Notes under the pieces: model-generated
What the model was told of the DNA's origin: nothing
Databases searched by the model: none
The model's input: the letters and a program-made list of their open reading frames with translations, nothing else
Assembly (NCBI GenBank): GCA_035510605.1
Contig: DATKGW010000012.1
Location: forward strand, 47,895-111,894
DNA from: Patescibacteria group bacterium
Lineage (GTDB): Bacteria; Patescibacteriota; Saccharimonadia; Saccharimonadales; CAIOMD01
Length of the DNA stretch: 64,000 bases
Reading direction: 5' to 3'
In this document: piece by piece, positions 39,766-49,605 of the stretch
How positions within the stretch are numbered: the first letter of the stretch is position 1
Layout of the letters: every line of letters starts with the position of its first letter
Position numbers and translations under genes: made by a program

Positions 39766-40302
39766 TTATTTTTGGGCTAGCTTAATCGATTCTGAAACAA
39801 CTTTTTTGGCTGTAGCAGCGTCGCCCCAACCGTTAAACTGCATTTTGACGCCCTGCCAGTTATTCTTCCAATCTTTATAATGGCTGTAAAAATGTTCGAC
39901 AATCTTTTTAAAATTAGGGCCTAAATTTTCAACTTCATTGATATAGTCACTGGTAATATCGTCGGCTGGTACACAAATTAATTTTTCGTCTTTTTCGCCG
40001 TCATCTACCATATACAAAACTCCGATTGGGCGGGCAGGAATAACCGCACCACCCGGGACGCTTTCATCGATGATCAGCAAAGCGTCAAGCGGGTCACCGT
40101 CTTCACAAAGTGTGTCAGGAATATAACCATAATCTGCCGGATATACCATGCTAGTGGCATTAACACGGTCTAACATTATTCGGCCGGAGCCTTTATCCAT
40201 TTCGTATTTGTTGTGCCCTTTGCCTTTTTGAATCTCAATAATTACATTTACAACTTCGGGCGCTTTATCGCCGTAACCAACATCTTTGCAATCACAAGCC
40301 AT
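39766..40302 (-). CDS. ppa: Inorganic pyrophosphatase (family I)
   Basis: KYE, YPADYGYIP, DGDPLD, DEKL, FYSHYK. Confidence 0.95.
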   Translation of the reverse strand: MACDCKDVGYGDKAPEVVNVIIEIQKGKGHNKYEMDKGSGRIMLDRVNATSMVYPADYGYIPDTLCEDGDPLDALLIIDESVPGGAVIPARPIGVLYMVDDGEKDEKLICVPADDITSDYINEVENLGPNFKKIVEHFYSHYKDWKNNWQGVKMQFNGWGDAATAKKVVSESIKLAQK

Positions 40303-40343
40303 TATTTTCTCCTTAATTTTCTTAAACTTAGTATACTATATCC

Positions 40344-40994
40344 GTGAAGAAAGAATGGTTGATTGCCCACCGCGGTGCCCAGTGCGACGGACGCGAAAAT
40401 ACTTTAGCCGCTTTTGAGGCAACAAAAAACTACCCATTGGGTTGGGTGGAATTTGACCTGCATAAAACTGTCGATAATATAGCTGTGTGCCACCACAATG
40501 CAAATGTAAATGGCGTAGAAATCGCCTCCCACACTTTTGAACAGTTAAAGGCGAGCGACCCGGAATTGCTGACTTTTGACGAAGTTATAGAGGCAATGCC
40601 TGACAATATTCCCTTTATAGTTGAAATTAAGGCCTACGGCGTAGCCCCGCTTATTTTTAAGCAGCTTAAAGCCAATCCAACCTGGCGAGCGGTCAGTTAT
40701 AAACGCAGCGAGCTAAAAAATTTAATAAAAATGGGGATTAATAAAAACAGATTGATGCTGCATCAAAAGAACCCGATTTTTCACATCAGGCATGCCAAAG
40801 AAGATGGTCTGTTGGGTGTAACAAAGAGTACGTATCGGTTGTCTCCTCTGTTTTTCTGGCGAGCCCATAAAAATGGCTTATACGGCTATGTCTTTACAGT
40901 AAACTCGTTGTGGTATGCGTGGCTAATCCGCAAATTATATCCTTATGTTGGCATCTGCACCAACAGGCCGGATTTATTACAAAGATTAAAATAG
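40344..40994 (+). CDS. Glycerophosphodiester phosphodiesterase family protein
   Basis: IAHRGA, ENTLAAF, VEFD, HH, VEIK, FTVN, ICTNRPD. Confidence 0.88.
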   Translation: MKKEWLIAHRGAQCDGRENTLAAFEATKNYPLGWVEFDLHKTVDNIAVCHHNANVNGVEIASHTFEQLKASDPELLTFDEVIEAMPDNIPFIVEIKAYGVAPLIFKQLKANPTWRAVSYKRSELKNLIKMGINKNRLMLHQKNPIFHIRHAKEDGLLGVTKSTYRLSPLFFWRAHKNGLYGYVFTVNSLWYAWLIRKLYPYVGICTNRPDLLQRLK

Positions 40995-41016
40995 CAACAG
41001 TGCTAATATTATAATT

Positions 41017-41346
41017 ATGAAGAGAGTGGCAGTGTTTTTTGTAATTGTCATTATTTGTTTGGCGGCCTTGCTGATATTTGCAATTCACACTCAGTCGCCG
41101 CTACCAAATTCTGCAGTCGGAGTTGCTAGCGAGATAAAAGGTGCAGAAGTTTCCAAACACAACAAAAGCACCGATTGCTGGACATCAATCGGTGGCAGTG
41201 TATACGACTTAAGCGTATATTTTAATGCCAACCCAGATCAGGATGCTTCAAAATTCTGCGGCCTTATAGAACCCGGCGCCACATTACCGACAAACTTAAA
41301 AGCAGAAACGCTTAGTACTTATTCTATTGGTGTTTTAACACCGTAG
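41017..41346 (+). CDS. Membrane-anchored cytochrome b5-like domain protein (degenerate)
   Basis: EVSKHNKSTDCWTSIGGSVYDLS..CG..IGVL; HPGG motif absent. Confidence 0.75.
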   Translation: MKRVAVFFVIVIICLAALLIFAIHTQSPLPNSAVGVASEIKGAEVSKHNKSTDCWTSIGGSVYDLSVYFNANPDQDASKFCGLIEPGATLPTNLKAETLSTYSIGVLTP

Positions 41347-41356
41347 TTTTAGCATT

Positions 41357-41938
41357 CTACTGCGGTAACAATACTGCATCAACAATGTAAATTGTGCCGT
41401 TAGAGGCAACTATCGGGCCTTTTACTACATTGGCTTGGTCGCCCTTGGCGTCTGTAAATATGGGTTTACTGCCTTGTAAATTAGCAATAATCTCTTGGCC
41501 TTCGTTGGTTTTAATCTTGGTATTATCCGGGATATTTTTAGTATCTATAGAAACGGTAGCCATATGATATTTTGTAATATCGGTTGCCGCGGTTTGATTT
41601 TGGCCGGTTAAAAGTTGATCGCTATAGCTTGACGGCAAAGTTTTAAAAGCCATGTTGTTGGGCACAATGACCAGTAATGTGGTACCGGAGCTTGCCGTTT
41701 TTAGCTGGTCAACCAAGCTGGCATTTGTAAGAAGTTTATAAAAATTGCTCAGCGAGCTATCATTTTGGATGTAGCTGGCAATATCTTTAGAGCTATTACT
41801 GACTTTGGTTGGCGAATAGCTATTTGCATCTGTTGGATTGTTAGAGCTACTACCGCCATACAAAATATACCAGATTGCACCAAGCGCTATTATCACCAGA
41901 ATAATTATTACTATTGTATAAATCTTTTTCTTTGGCAC
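41357..41938 (-). CDS. Fasciclin (FAS1) domain protein
   Basis: TM, VPNNMAF, YH, ASNGTIYIVDAVLLP. Confidence 0.88.
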   Translation of the reverse strand: MPKKKIYTIVIIILVIIALGAIWYILYGGSSSNNPTDANSYSPTKVSNSSKDIASYIQNDSSLSNFYKLLTNASLVDQLKTASSGTTLLVIVPNNMAFKTLPSSYSDQLLTGQNQTAATDITKYHMATVSIDTKNIPDNTKIKTNEGQEIIANLQGSKPIFTDAKGDQANVVKGPIVASNGTIYIVDAVLLPQ

Positions 41939-42002
41939 TTGTCTACCTCGCTTAGTAACTTATAAAAAGTATAAACCAAGTGAGGGCTAAAGCGCTAGCT
42001 TT

Positions 42003-43073
42003 TTAAGATTCTAAGAATTCGCGGATGCGCAGGGCAGCCGTGGCGCCTTCGCCGACAGCACTGGCAATTTGCATGGTAGCGCCGCTGCGTACATCGCCGG
42101 CGGCAAAAACACCTTTTAGGTTAGTCCGCATACATTCATCGGTTTTGATAAACCCAATCGGGTCAAATTCCAAACCAGAAGTTCGCAAAAAAGCTGTATT
42201 GGGGCTCAAACCAATAAACACAAATACACCGTCGGGGGTAAATTCTACCTTTTTGCCGGATTTTACATCGGTACCGATAACCTTGTTAACAAATTTACCA
42301 TCACCGATAATTTCGTCTATTGTTACACCTATATGCACGGTAATCTTATCGTTCTTTTCTAATTGGTGGAGTAAGACATCACTGGCTTTTAGCTTACTGC
42401 GAACCAGCAAGTCTATATGCGATGCAAAACGGGTTAAAAATAATGATTCTTGGACAGCCGAATTGCCACCGCCCACAACCACCAGTTTTTTGTTACGGTA
42501 AAAGGCGCCGTCACAAGTGGCGCAGTAATGAACTCCGCGGGCATAGTAGGTGTCTTCACCCGGAATGCCAAGTTTTTTATATTCGCTGCCGGTGGCAATC
42601 AAAACCGCCCTCGCGTAACGATCGCCATCGGTAGTTGCCACTTTAATATTATCGTCAAGCCTCTCGATATTTGTCACTTCGGCCAATTCAATTTTGGTAC
42701 CAAAACGCTCGGCCTGCTTACGCAAGTTCTCGGCTAATTCGAGCCCGTCAATACCATCCGGAAAACCGGGGTAATTATCAACCCTGTCGGTTACCGCCGC
42801 CAAGCCGCCAATCACCGCTTTTTCGTAAAGCACGGTCTCTATATCTTCGCGGGTAGTGTAAATGGCAGCCGTTAACGCTGTCGGTCCGGCACCTATCATA
42901 ATAACGTCATGGTTGGGGATGGTTTTTTCTTGAGCATCTACTTTTGTATCAAATAATGGTTTTAGATCATCAGTCATCGGTAATTTCTTAATTGTAGGCT
43001 TAGCTACCGTTGCTGATACAGAGCAAACATTTGCCACTTCACCAAGATTCTGTTGATTTTTTGTGTCTGCCAT
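42003..43073 (-). CDS. trxB: Thioredoxin-disulfide reductase
   Basis: IGAGPTALTAAIY, NYPGF, CATCDG, GGGNSA, FAAGD; true start may be downstream. Confidence 0.93.
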   Translation of the reverse strand: MADTKNQQNLGEVANVCSVSATVAKPTIKKLPMTDDLKPLFDTKVDAQEKTIPNHDVIMIGAGPTALTAAIYTTREDIETVLYEKAVIGGLAAVTDRVDNYPGFPDGIDGLELAENLRKQAERFGTKIELAEVTNIERLDDNIKVATTDGDRYARAVLIATGSEYKKLGIPGEDTYYARGVHYCATCDGAFYRNKKLVVVGGGNSAVQESLFLTRFASHIDLLVRSKLKASDVLLHQLEKNDKITVHIGVTIDEIIGDGKFVNKVIGTDVKSGKKVEFTPDGVFVFIGLSPNTAFLRTSGLEFDPIGFIKTDECMRTNLKGVFAAGDVRSGATMQIASAVGEGATAALRIREFLES

Positions 43074-43083
43074 AAATAGTTAT

Positions 43084-43332
43084 TTAAGTCACTGCTGGCG
43101 CTAATTTTGCCAGATTATATCCTACTATCACTTCTTTACTATCATCCTGTCTGGTAACTATTGTCACAGGCACTGCCATTTGCCCGCTAAACTCAACCGC
43201 CTCTTTAGCCCGTTCCGGATGCTCATCAAGGTTAACTTCGCTATAAGAAAAGCCTTTGGCAGTCAACCACTTTTTTACCATAACGCAATAAGCACAGGTA
43301 TTGGTCGTATAGATTGTTATGTCTTTTGTCAT
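43084..43332 (-). CDS. Glutaredoxin-like protein (NrdH-redoxin type)
   Basis: CAYC, SGQMAVPV; upstream of trxB. Confidence 0.88.
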   Translation of the reverse strand: MTKDITIYTTNTCAYCVMVKKWLTAKGFSYSEVNLDEHPERAKEAVEFSGQMAVPVTIVTRQDDSKEVIVGYNLAKLAPAVT

Positions 43333-43421
43333 TTTTAAATATCCTTTTGTTACTTTACTTTTTATAGTTTATTATGTTAATGATTAAATGTCAAACACTA
43401 TATATGGTGTACTAAGCCCTT

Positions 43422-43964
43422 CTACTGACCTATTTTAAGCAATTGTACGTCAAATACAAGTGCTGCATTGGCCGGAATGCCGGAGCCTTGGGGTGGATTG
43501 GCGCCATATGCCAAATTCGATGGAATTATTAAGCGCCGCGTTCCACCAACCTTCATCCCCGGTATACCTTTTGTCCAACCGGCAATAACTTGGTTTAAGG
43601 GAAAGCTGACGGCTTGGCCACTGTCTAGAGAACTCTGAAAGATGGTGCCGTCGCTAGCTGTCGCCCCGGTATAATTTACCGTAACCGTATCACCAGCTTT
43701 AACTTCTGCCCCGGTACCCTGCGTTAAATCAATAATTTGTAAGCTACTAACCGTGCCAACCGGATTATAGTTTGATAATTTAGTTCCTTGCAATTTTTTA
43801 CCTCCCGAATTAGTTTGCTGGTTCAAGGCTGCCTGAATCTGTTGATCTTGGCTCTGTTGGCTTTGGGTGGCTAAAATGTAATAGGCAATTCCACCGATTG
43901 TTGAGCCTAAAAACAACAGAGCCAAAACCAAAGAAACAATTCTTTGGGTTTTTGTTGTTGACAT
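43422..43964 (-). CDS. Membrane-anchored FKBP-type peptidyl-prolyl isomerase
   Basis: VTVNYTG, VIAGW, GMKVGGTRRLIIP..LAYG, LVFDV. Confidence 0.93.
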   Translation of the reverse strand: MSTTKTQRIVSLVLALLFLGSTIGGIAYYILATQSQQSQDQQIQAALNQQTNSGGKKLQGTKLSNYNPVGTVSSLQIIDLTQGTGAEVKAGDTVTVNYTGATASDGTIFQSSLDSGQAVSFPLNQVIAGWTKGIPGMKVGGTRRLIIPSNLAYGANPPQGSGIPANAALVFDVQLLKIGQ

Positions 43965-44048
43965 AATTTCTCCCTAACTAGATGTTTATTATATCAAGGT
44001 TGAGTAGAGACAACCACAGTTAAAATGACGTTAAATTTACTTTAAAAT

Positions 44049-46565
44049 TTATAACCGTTCGGCGCCGAATTTTTGGGAGGCTGCAGAGGCTACGGAATCA
44101 AGCAAGCCATTTACCTCTTCGGCTTTTAGAGTCTTTTCGTAAGAAGCAATCTTCAGTCTAAATGCGAACTGTTTGTGATCTTGATCATCTGGGCGTTGAT
44201 AAATATCCAGCGGGCTAAGCTCAAAAAAGCTGTTGGCCGGTTTTATCTTGTTGATTTCGTCATATACAAAATCAAAAATTGCGGCAAAAGTTACATTATT
44301 AGGCGTTTTAAGCGATATATCTTGTTCTACTTTGGGGTATTTTGGCAAGGGAATGTAATCTGTAAGACCACTCTTGAATTTTAGGATTTTAGCAACATCA
44401 ACCTCGAAACCGGTTGTAAATTCCGGCAATTTAAGCGCTACTCTCACGGCTGACTTAAACTCCCCGACCACTCCTATTAACTCACCGCTCTTAAATTCTG
44501 TCACCATGGCGCTTCGAGACGTTTCGAATGGTGCAACCATTTGTTCGTTAATTTTTAACTCAGCGTGCTCTGGCAAAGTCGTAAAAACCAGATGAATACC
44601 AAGCTTAGCTAGTAAGTGCGACAAGTAATTTTGAGCCTCAAAATAAGGTGCTCCGGAATAATCTTTTGCAGATTTTAAGTTGGCGGCAAAAACAAGAGCC
44701 AGGTGTTCTTCTTCTATTGGCAATTTTTCTTCGTCTAGCCAATCTTTAATATGAGTCTTGCCAATCTCAAATAGTGCAAATTGATCATAGTCGGCTTTGA
44801 TATTTGGGTGGACCTTCTCCAGCAAACTGGGCAAAATACTCAAGCGATAATATTGCAAATCCGGACTCAAAGCGTTACTTAACTGATAAGCTAACTCTCT
44901 GTTTTGGCCGGATTTTTCTAACAAATTGCCATGCACGAAACTGTAAGTTAACAGCTCATTGGCACCGGCAGCTTGCAGGATTTGCCTGATTTCGTCTTTC
45001 AATTTAAGTAAATCATTAGTTTTGGCCGGTTTTAGGCTGCGCTTTGGTAGCTCTAGAGGCAATTTATCGTAGCCCAGAAGGCGGCCAACTTCTTCTACAA
45101 CATCTTCCGGAATCTCAATATCGGTACGCCAGAAAGGTGGCTCAATACTTAAAGTTTCACCTTGATTCGTAACTATAAAATCGACATTTTGAAGAGTTTG
45201 AACAATCTGGCTGGCATCACGGTTTAAACCGAGCCGATCATTGATAAATTTGGGCGTAACTAATACAGGGTTAGCGGTTTTAAGATGTTTGTCGTCGATA
45301 ATTTGGCTGGCAATTTCGGCACCGACCACTTCGTGCATAGTCTTTATGGTTTGAGCTAGCACTTTATCATTTTGCAACGGGTTTTGGCCTTTACTAAAAC
45401 GAGTTACGGCATCGGTAAACAAACCATGCGTCATAGCGGTTTTGCGGATGGAGTACATATCAAAATTGGCGCATTCGATAATAATATTTTTTGTGGTGGC
45501 ATCTACCTCCGTATCAAAGCCGCCCATCACGCCACCCAAGCCAATGGCTTTGGTAGCGGTAGCAATTAAAATTGCTTCTGCTCGGGGCTGTAGCTCTTTG
45601 CCGCCTAGTAGAGTCAGTTTCTCACCTTCCGTGGGATAGCGTGTGCAAAGAGTTGCCTGGTTAGCTCCATTATCTTGGGCTTTCACCTTATCGTAATCGT
45701 AAGCATGCAGCGGCTGGGCGGTCAGCAGCATCATAAAGTTGGTGATATCAACCACATTATTTATCGGCCGAATACCGAGTTTAAACAGATAAGTCTGTAA
45801 CTGTAATGGGCTCGGTTTTACGGTGACATTACTCATAGCTACGGCCATAAATCGTGGAACCAGCTCCGGCAGCTCATTTTTGATAGCTAGTGGCAATTCT
45901 AAGCCTTGCACGCTAACCTGGCTTGGCGTTTGCGTGTACCAAGTTGGGCTAGCAAATGGGATATTTTGGATCCCGGCGATTTCGCGGGCAATGCCTAAAA
46001 TACCAAATAAATCCGGGCGATGCGTAAACATCTTGTTTTCGATGTCTATAATGTAATCGCTTAAGTCGTAGGCTTCGGTCAGCGGTGTGCCGGGTTTAAA
46101 ATCATCCGGCAAAACTACTATTCCGGCGTGATCATCGCCAAAATCCAGCTCACGGGCGCTGGCAATCATGCCATGGCTTTTTACGCCTCTTAAATCTTTA
46201 GCCTCCAGTACAAACGGCTTATCGCTGCCATGAGTCTCCGGCACGGTTGCGCCTGGCGGTAACCAGATTACAGTTTGGCCGGCGGCAACATTATTAGCTC
46301 CACACACTACCTGCACATGGCCGTTCGTGTCACGTTCTACATCTTTTACAGTACCGCTGTCATCAACTGTGCAAACATGTAGTTTTTCGGCGTTGGGATG
46401 ATTATCACAATTTATGACTTTAACAACTAGTGCACCCTTGTATTTTTCACCTAAATTGGCAACGGATTCCACCTCTCCGAGTTGCGCCCCGATTTTTTCT
46501 ACCAATTGCTCTATTGGTAAGTCAACTTTTGTATACTCCTTCAGCCAGTTAACAGATATTTTCAT
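44049..46565 (-). CDS. pheT: Phenylalanine--tRNA ligase beta subunit
   Basis: MKISVNWLKEY, VVCGANN, INNVVDITN, RTDIEIPEDVVEEVGR, FDX-ACB C-terminus. Confidence 0.96.
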   Translation of the reverse strand: MKISVNWLKEYTKVDLPIEQLVEKIGAQLGEVESVANLGEKYKGALVVKVINCDNHPNAEKLHVCTVDDSGTVKDVERDTNGHVQVVCGANNVAAGQTVIWLPPGATVPETHGSDKPFVLEAKDLRGVKSHGMIASARELDFGDDHAGIVVLPDDFKPGTPLTEAYDLSDYIIDIENKMFTHRPDLFGILGIAREIAGIQNIPFASPTWYTQTPSQVSVQGLELPLAIKNELPELVPRFMAVAMSNVTVKPSPLQLQTYLFKLGIRPINNVVDITNFMMLLTAQPLHAYDYDKVKAQDNGANQATLCTRYPTEGEKLTLLGGKELQPRAEAILIATATKAIGLGGVMGGFDTEVDATTKNIIIECANFDMYSIRKTAMTHGLFTDAVTRFSKGQNPLQNDKVLAQTIKTMHEVVGAEIASQIIDDKHLKTANPVLVTPKFINDRLGLNRDASQIVQTLQNVDFIVTNQGETLSIEPPFWRTDIEIPEDVVEEVGRLLGYDKLPLELPKRSLKPAKTNDLLKLKDEIRQILQAAGANELLTYSFVHGNLLEKSGQNRELAYQLSNALSPDLQYYRLSILPSLLEKVHPNIKADYDQFALFEIGKTHIKDWLDEEKLPIEEEHLALVFAANLKSAKDYSGAPYFEAQNYLSHLLAKLGIHLVFTTLPEHAELKINEQMVAPFETSRSAMVTEFKSGELIGVVGEFKSAVRVALKLPEFTTGFEVDVAKILKFKSGLTDYIPLPKYPKVEQDISLKTPNNVTFAAIFDFVYDEINKIKPANSFFELSPLDIYQRPDDQDHKQFAFRLKIASYEKTLKAEEVNGLLDSVASAASQKFGAERL

Positions 46566-47596
46566 CAGAATTGCCTCAAAAATTCTAATTTACCGGATTC
46601 AAAGTGCCGAATGTCTTCTATATCGTGCTTCATCATTACTAAGCGGTCGATTCCGCCGCCCCAGGCAAAACCGGTGTAAACCGTCGGGTCGATATCGGCC
46701 ATTTTTAAAACGTTGGGGTGAATCATACCGCAACCCAAAAGCTCGATCCAACCGGTGTGGCCGCAAGTGGCACAACCGGCTTTTTTGCAAAACGGGCAAC
46801 TGAGAGCAAACTCAAAACTCGGTTCGGTGAAGGGGAAGTAGAAGGGCTGAGTTTTAACTTCTAATTCCTGGCCGTAATATTCCTGCAGAAAGGTTTTTAG
46901 CGTGGCTATCAAATGCCCGGCATTGATACCTTTATCCACATAAACTCCCTCAAGCTGGTAAAAAGTATGTTCGTGTCGAGCATCCAGGTCCTCATTGCGG
47001 AATACCCGCCCGGGGATAACGACGCTTATGGCCTCTCCCTGCTCTAACCTGCCCTTTCTAGCTTTTAAAACCCGGTTTTGCATATTGCTGGTGTGGGCCG
47101 GTGCAATTAGGCCGTCGATTGTCATAAAAGTGTCATAATCGTCCCTAGCCGGATGGCCTTCGGGGAAGTTCAGGCTTCCGAACATGTGATAATCATCATC
47201 AATTTCGCGCGATTCGACTACCTCAAACCCCATACGGTAAAAAATATCCAATACCTCTTTTGATTCACTCATTAAGGGATGGATTGTGCCAAATTGGCTG
47301 CTAAGCAAATGCGGGCGCTTGGATTGATCGGTATTAATATCGAACGGGGCGGTAACATCAATCGGTTTTAAATCCTCTTTTGCCTCAGAGTTTGCTACCC
47401 AAGATTCTACTTCTGTTTTTAAGGCATTAACCTCGGCCCCAAACTTGCCTCTGTCTTCTGCCGGCATATCTTTAATATGGCTATACAAATTCTTTAGAAT
47501 AGGTTCGCGCAGAACCGAGCGTTTATCCTCTGATTTTTCGAATATTGTTTTTAGGGCTTCGGCTGCCTCTGCCACTTCTTTGTAGTTGTAGGCCAT
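46565..47596 (-). CDS. pheS: Phenylalanine--tRNA ligase alpha subunit
   Basis: HPARD, GRVFRNE, FPFTEPS, WIELLGCGMIHP. Confidence 0.97.
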   Translation of the reverse strand: MAYNYKEVAEAAEALKTIFEKSEDKRSVLREPILKNLYSHIKDMPAEDRGKFGAEVNALKTEVESWVANSEAKEDLKPIDVTAPFDINTDQSKRPHLLSSQFGTIHPLMSESKEVLDIFYRMGFEVVESREIDDDYHMFGSLNFPEGHPARDDYDTFMTIDGLIAPAHTSNMQNRVLKARKGRLEQGEAISVVIPGRVFRNEDLDARHEHTFYQLEGVYVDKGINAGHLIATLKTFLQEYYGQELEVKTQPFYFPFTEPSFEFALSCPFCKKAGCATCGHTGWIELLGCGMIHPNVLKMADIDPTVYTGFAWGGGIDRLVMMKHDIEDIRHFESGKLEFLRQF

Positions 47597-47659
47597 GATT
47601 AATAATGATTATACGTATCTTTAACAACAAGCGCCAACTTTAAGTGATAAAATCTATTT

Positions 47660-48160
47660 ATGGCCAGTATGAATTCATTCGACATTGTTAGCGATTACGA
47701 TAAGGGTGAGCTTAATAATGTTTACGACCAAGCTCAGCGCGAGCTAATGAATCGTTACGATCTAAAAGGCACAAAAGCTGGGCTAGATTGGCTTGACGGC
47801 GACAAAACGGCTTTTAAAATTACCGGCGACAGCGACTTTCATATAGAGGCAATCTTGGATATTATCCGCAAAAAGTTGGCTGCCCGCGGACAGAGTCAAA
47901 AAGTTCTGGACATTAGTCAAGATTCAACCACTACAAATTTGCAAACTACCAAAATCGTACCGCTTAAAAAGGGTATCGCCCAAGACAACGCTAAAAAAAT
48001 CAGCGCCCTGATAAGAGATAATTACCCTAAAGTGAAAGCTCAAATCCAGGGCGACGAATTACGGGTGATGAGCCCTAAAAAAGACGAGCTGCAAGCCGTG
48101 ATGGACTTGCTTAGATCCCAAAATTTCGACTTCCCTCTCCAATTCACAAATTATAGATAA
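47660..48160 (+). CDS. yajQ: YajQ family nucleotide-binding protein
   Basis: SFDIVS, NRYDLKG, KVKAQIQGDELRV..KDELQ, LQFTNYR. Confidence 0.95.
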   Translation: MASMNSFDIVSDYDKGELNNVYDQAQRELMNRYDLKGTKAGLDWLDGDKTAFKITGDSDFHIEAILDIIRKKLAARGQSQKVLDISQDSTTTNLQTTKIVPLKKGIAQDNAKKISALIRDNYPKVKAQIQGDELRVMSPKKDELQAVMDLLRSQNFDFPLQFTNYR

Positions 48161-48182
48161 AAATCGTTATACTTAATAGCAA

Positions 48183-49499
48183 ATGGAAACAAAACTCTTA
48201 TCCGAGCAGTGCATAGCTGTACTTAAAGCCAACGACCGTAAATCCCATACCGTACCGGCACCGAATTTGTATCCGCACCAGTGGCTTTGGGATAGCTGTT
48301 TTGCCGCCATCGGATGGGCTCAAATAGATGCTCAGCGCGCCAAAAAAGAAATCTTGAGCTTAATACGCGGCCAATGGGATAACGGTATGATCCCGCATAT
48401 TATTTTTAATATGGCGAATGAGTTCAGCCGCGACCGCAATATGTGGCGCAGTTGGGTTTCCAGCCTGTCGCCAAACGACATGGCTACCAGCGGTATTACA
48501 CAGCCACCGCTTTTAGCCGAAGCCGTCAGCCACATCGGCGCCCAACTTAAAAAACCGGAGCGCCAACTATTTTACAAAAAAGTTTTGCCCGCCATAATCC
48601 GCTACCACCAGTGGCTGTATAACGAGCGCGATCCGCACAAAGAGGGTTTGGTGTTGCAAATTCACCCACACGAGACCGGCATGGATAATACTCCACCGTG
48701 GATAGACCAATTGCGCGAGCATAGCTGGCCGTGGTGGGTCACAATTATAGAAAAACTGCATCTGGAAGGAATTATTAATTTTATCAGGCGCGACATCCGC
48801 TCGGTGCCCAGCGACCAGCGGGCCAGAAATATTGATGCCATGGTTTGCTGGGATGTCGTGCGCCGCTTACGCCGCAAGCATTACGATATAGACAAAGTTC
48901 TGCACCGCTCATTATTCGTCATAGACGATGTAGCTTTTAACAGCATTTTTGTTCGCAATAACACCATTTTACAAGAGATAGCTGCCGAGTCTCGTATAAA
49001 ATTGCCCGAAGATCTACTAGAAAGCATGAAACGTACCGAGGCAGCCCTAGAAGAACTTTGGGACGAAAATTTTGCGGTCTATTTTAGCCGTGATTTTATC
49101 TCCAACAAGCTACTGCGCGAACCGACAATTGCTAGCCTGCTGCCACTTTATGCCGGTACCATCAATAAAGAGCGAGCAGATAAACTGATCAGGATTTTGA
49201 TGAACGATAAAGCTTTTTGGCTTAAAAACCCTGTGCCTTCGGTCCCGCGCAATATGCGCTATTTTGACGCCAACCGTTACTGGCAAGGCCCGACCTGGAT
49301 AAATATGAACTGGCTGTTAATTGATGGTTTGGCGCGGATGGGCTACGAGGTTGAGGCAGAAGCCCTAAAAAGTCATACCGTAGAAATGATGCGCGAAAAT
49401 GGCATCTGGGAATATTACAACCCGCTCACCGGCGAAGGTTTGGGCAGCCCCGATTTTACCTGGTCGGCCGCCCTGGCACTTGATTTACTCGAAGAATAA
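48183..49499 (+). CDS. GH63-like glycoside hydrolase (mannosylglycerate/glucosylglycerate hydrolase type)
   Basis: LYPHQWLWDSCF, SGITQPP, HETGMDN, YWQGPTW, EYYNP, FTWSAAL. Confidence 0.85.
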   Translation: METKLLSEQCIAVLKANDRKSHTVPAPNLYPHQWLWDSCFAAIGWAQIDAQRAKKEILSLIRGQWDNGMIPHIIFNMANEFSRDRNMWRSWVSSLSPNDMATSGITQPPLLAEAVSHIGAQLKKPERQLFYKKVLPAIIRYHQWLYNERDPHKEGLVLQIHPHETGMDNTPPWIDQLREHSWPWWVTIIEKLHLEGIINFIRRDIRSVPSDQRARNIDAMVCWDVVRRLRRKHYDIDKVLHRSLFVIDDVAFNSIFVRNNTILQEIAAESRIKLPEDLLESMKRTEAALEELWDENFAVYFSRDFISNKLLREPTIASLLPLYAGTINKERADKLIRILMNDKAFWLKNPVPSVPRNMRYFDANRYWQGPTWINMNWLLIDGLARMGYEVEAEALKSHTVEMMRENGIWEYYNPLTGEGLGSPDFTWSAALALDLLEE

Positions 49500-49605
49500 G
49501 AGATACTTGGCCGCCAAAATCAGCTGAACTTTAGCTGTGGATAATAGATATATGCTACTTATAAATTAGTGGTACTATTAAATTAATTAATTTGGGAGTT
49601 GTGTC

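Noticed and set aside
49536-49544. Perfect DnaA box (TGTGGATAA)
   Set aside because: Single copy with no box cluster and no dnaA/dnaN nearby; not evidence of oriC.
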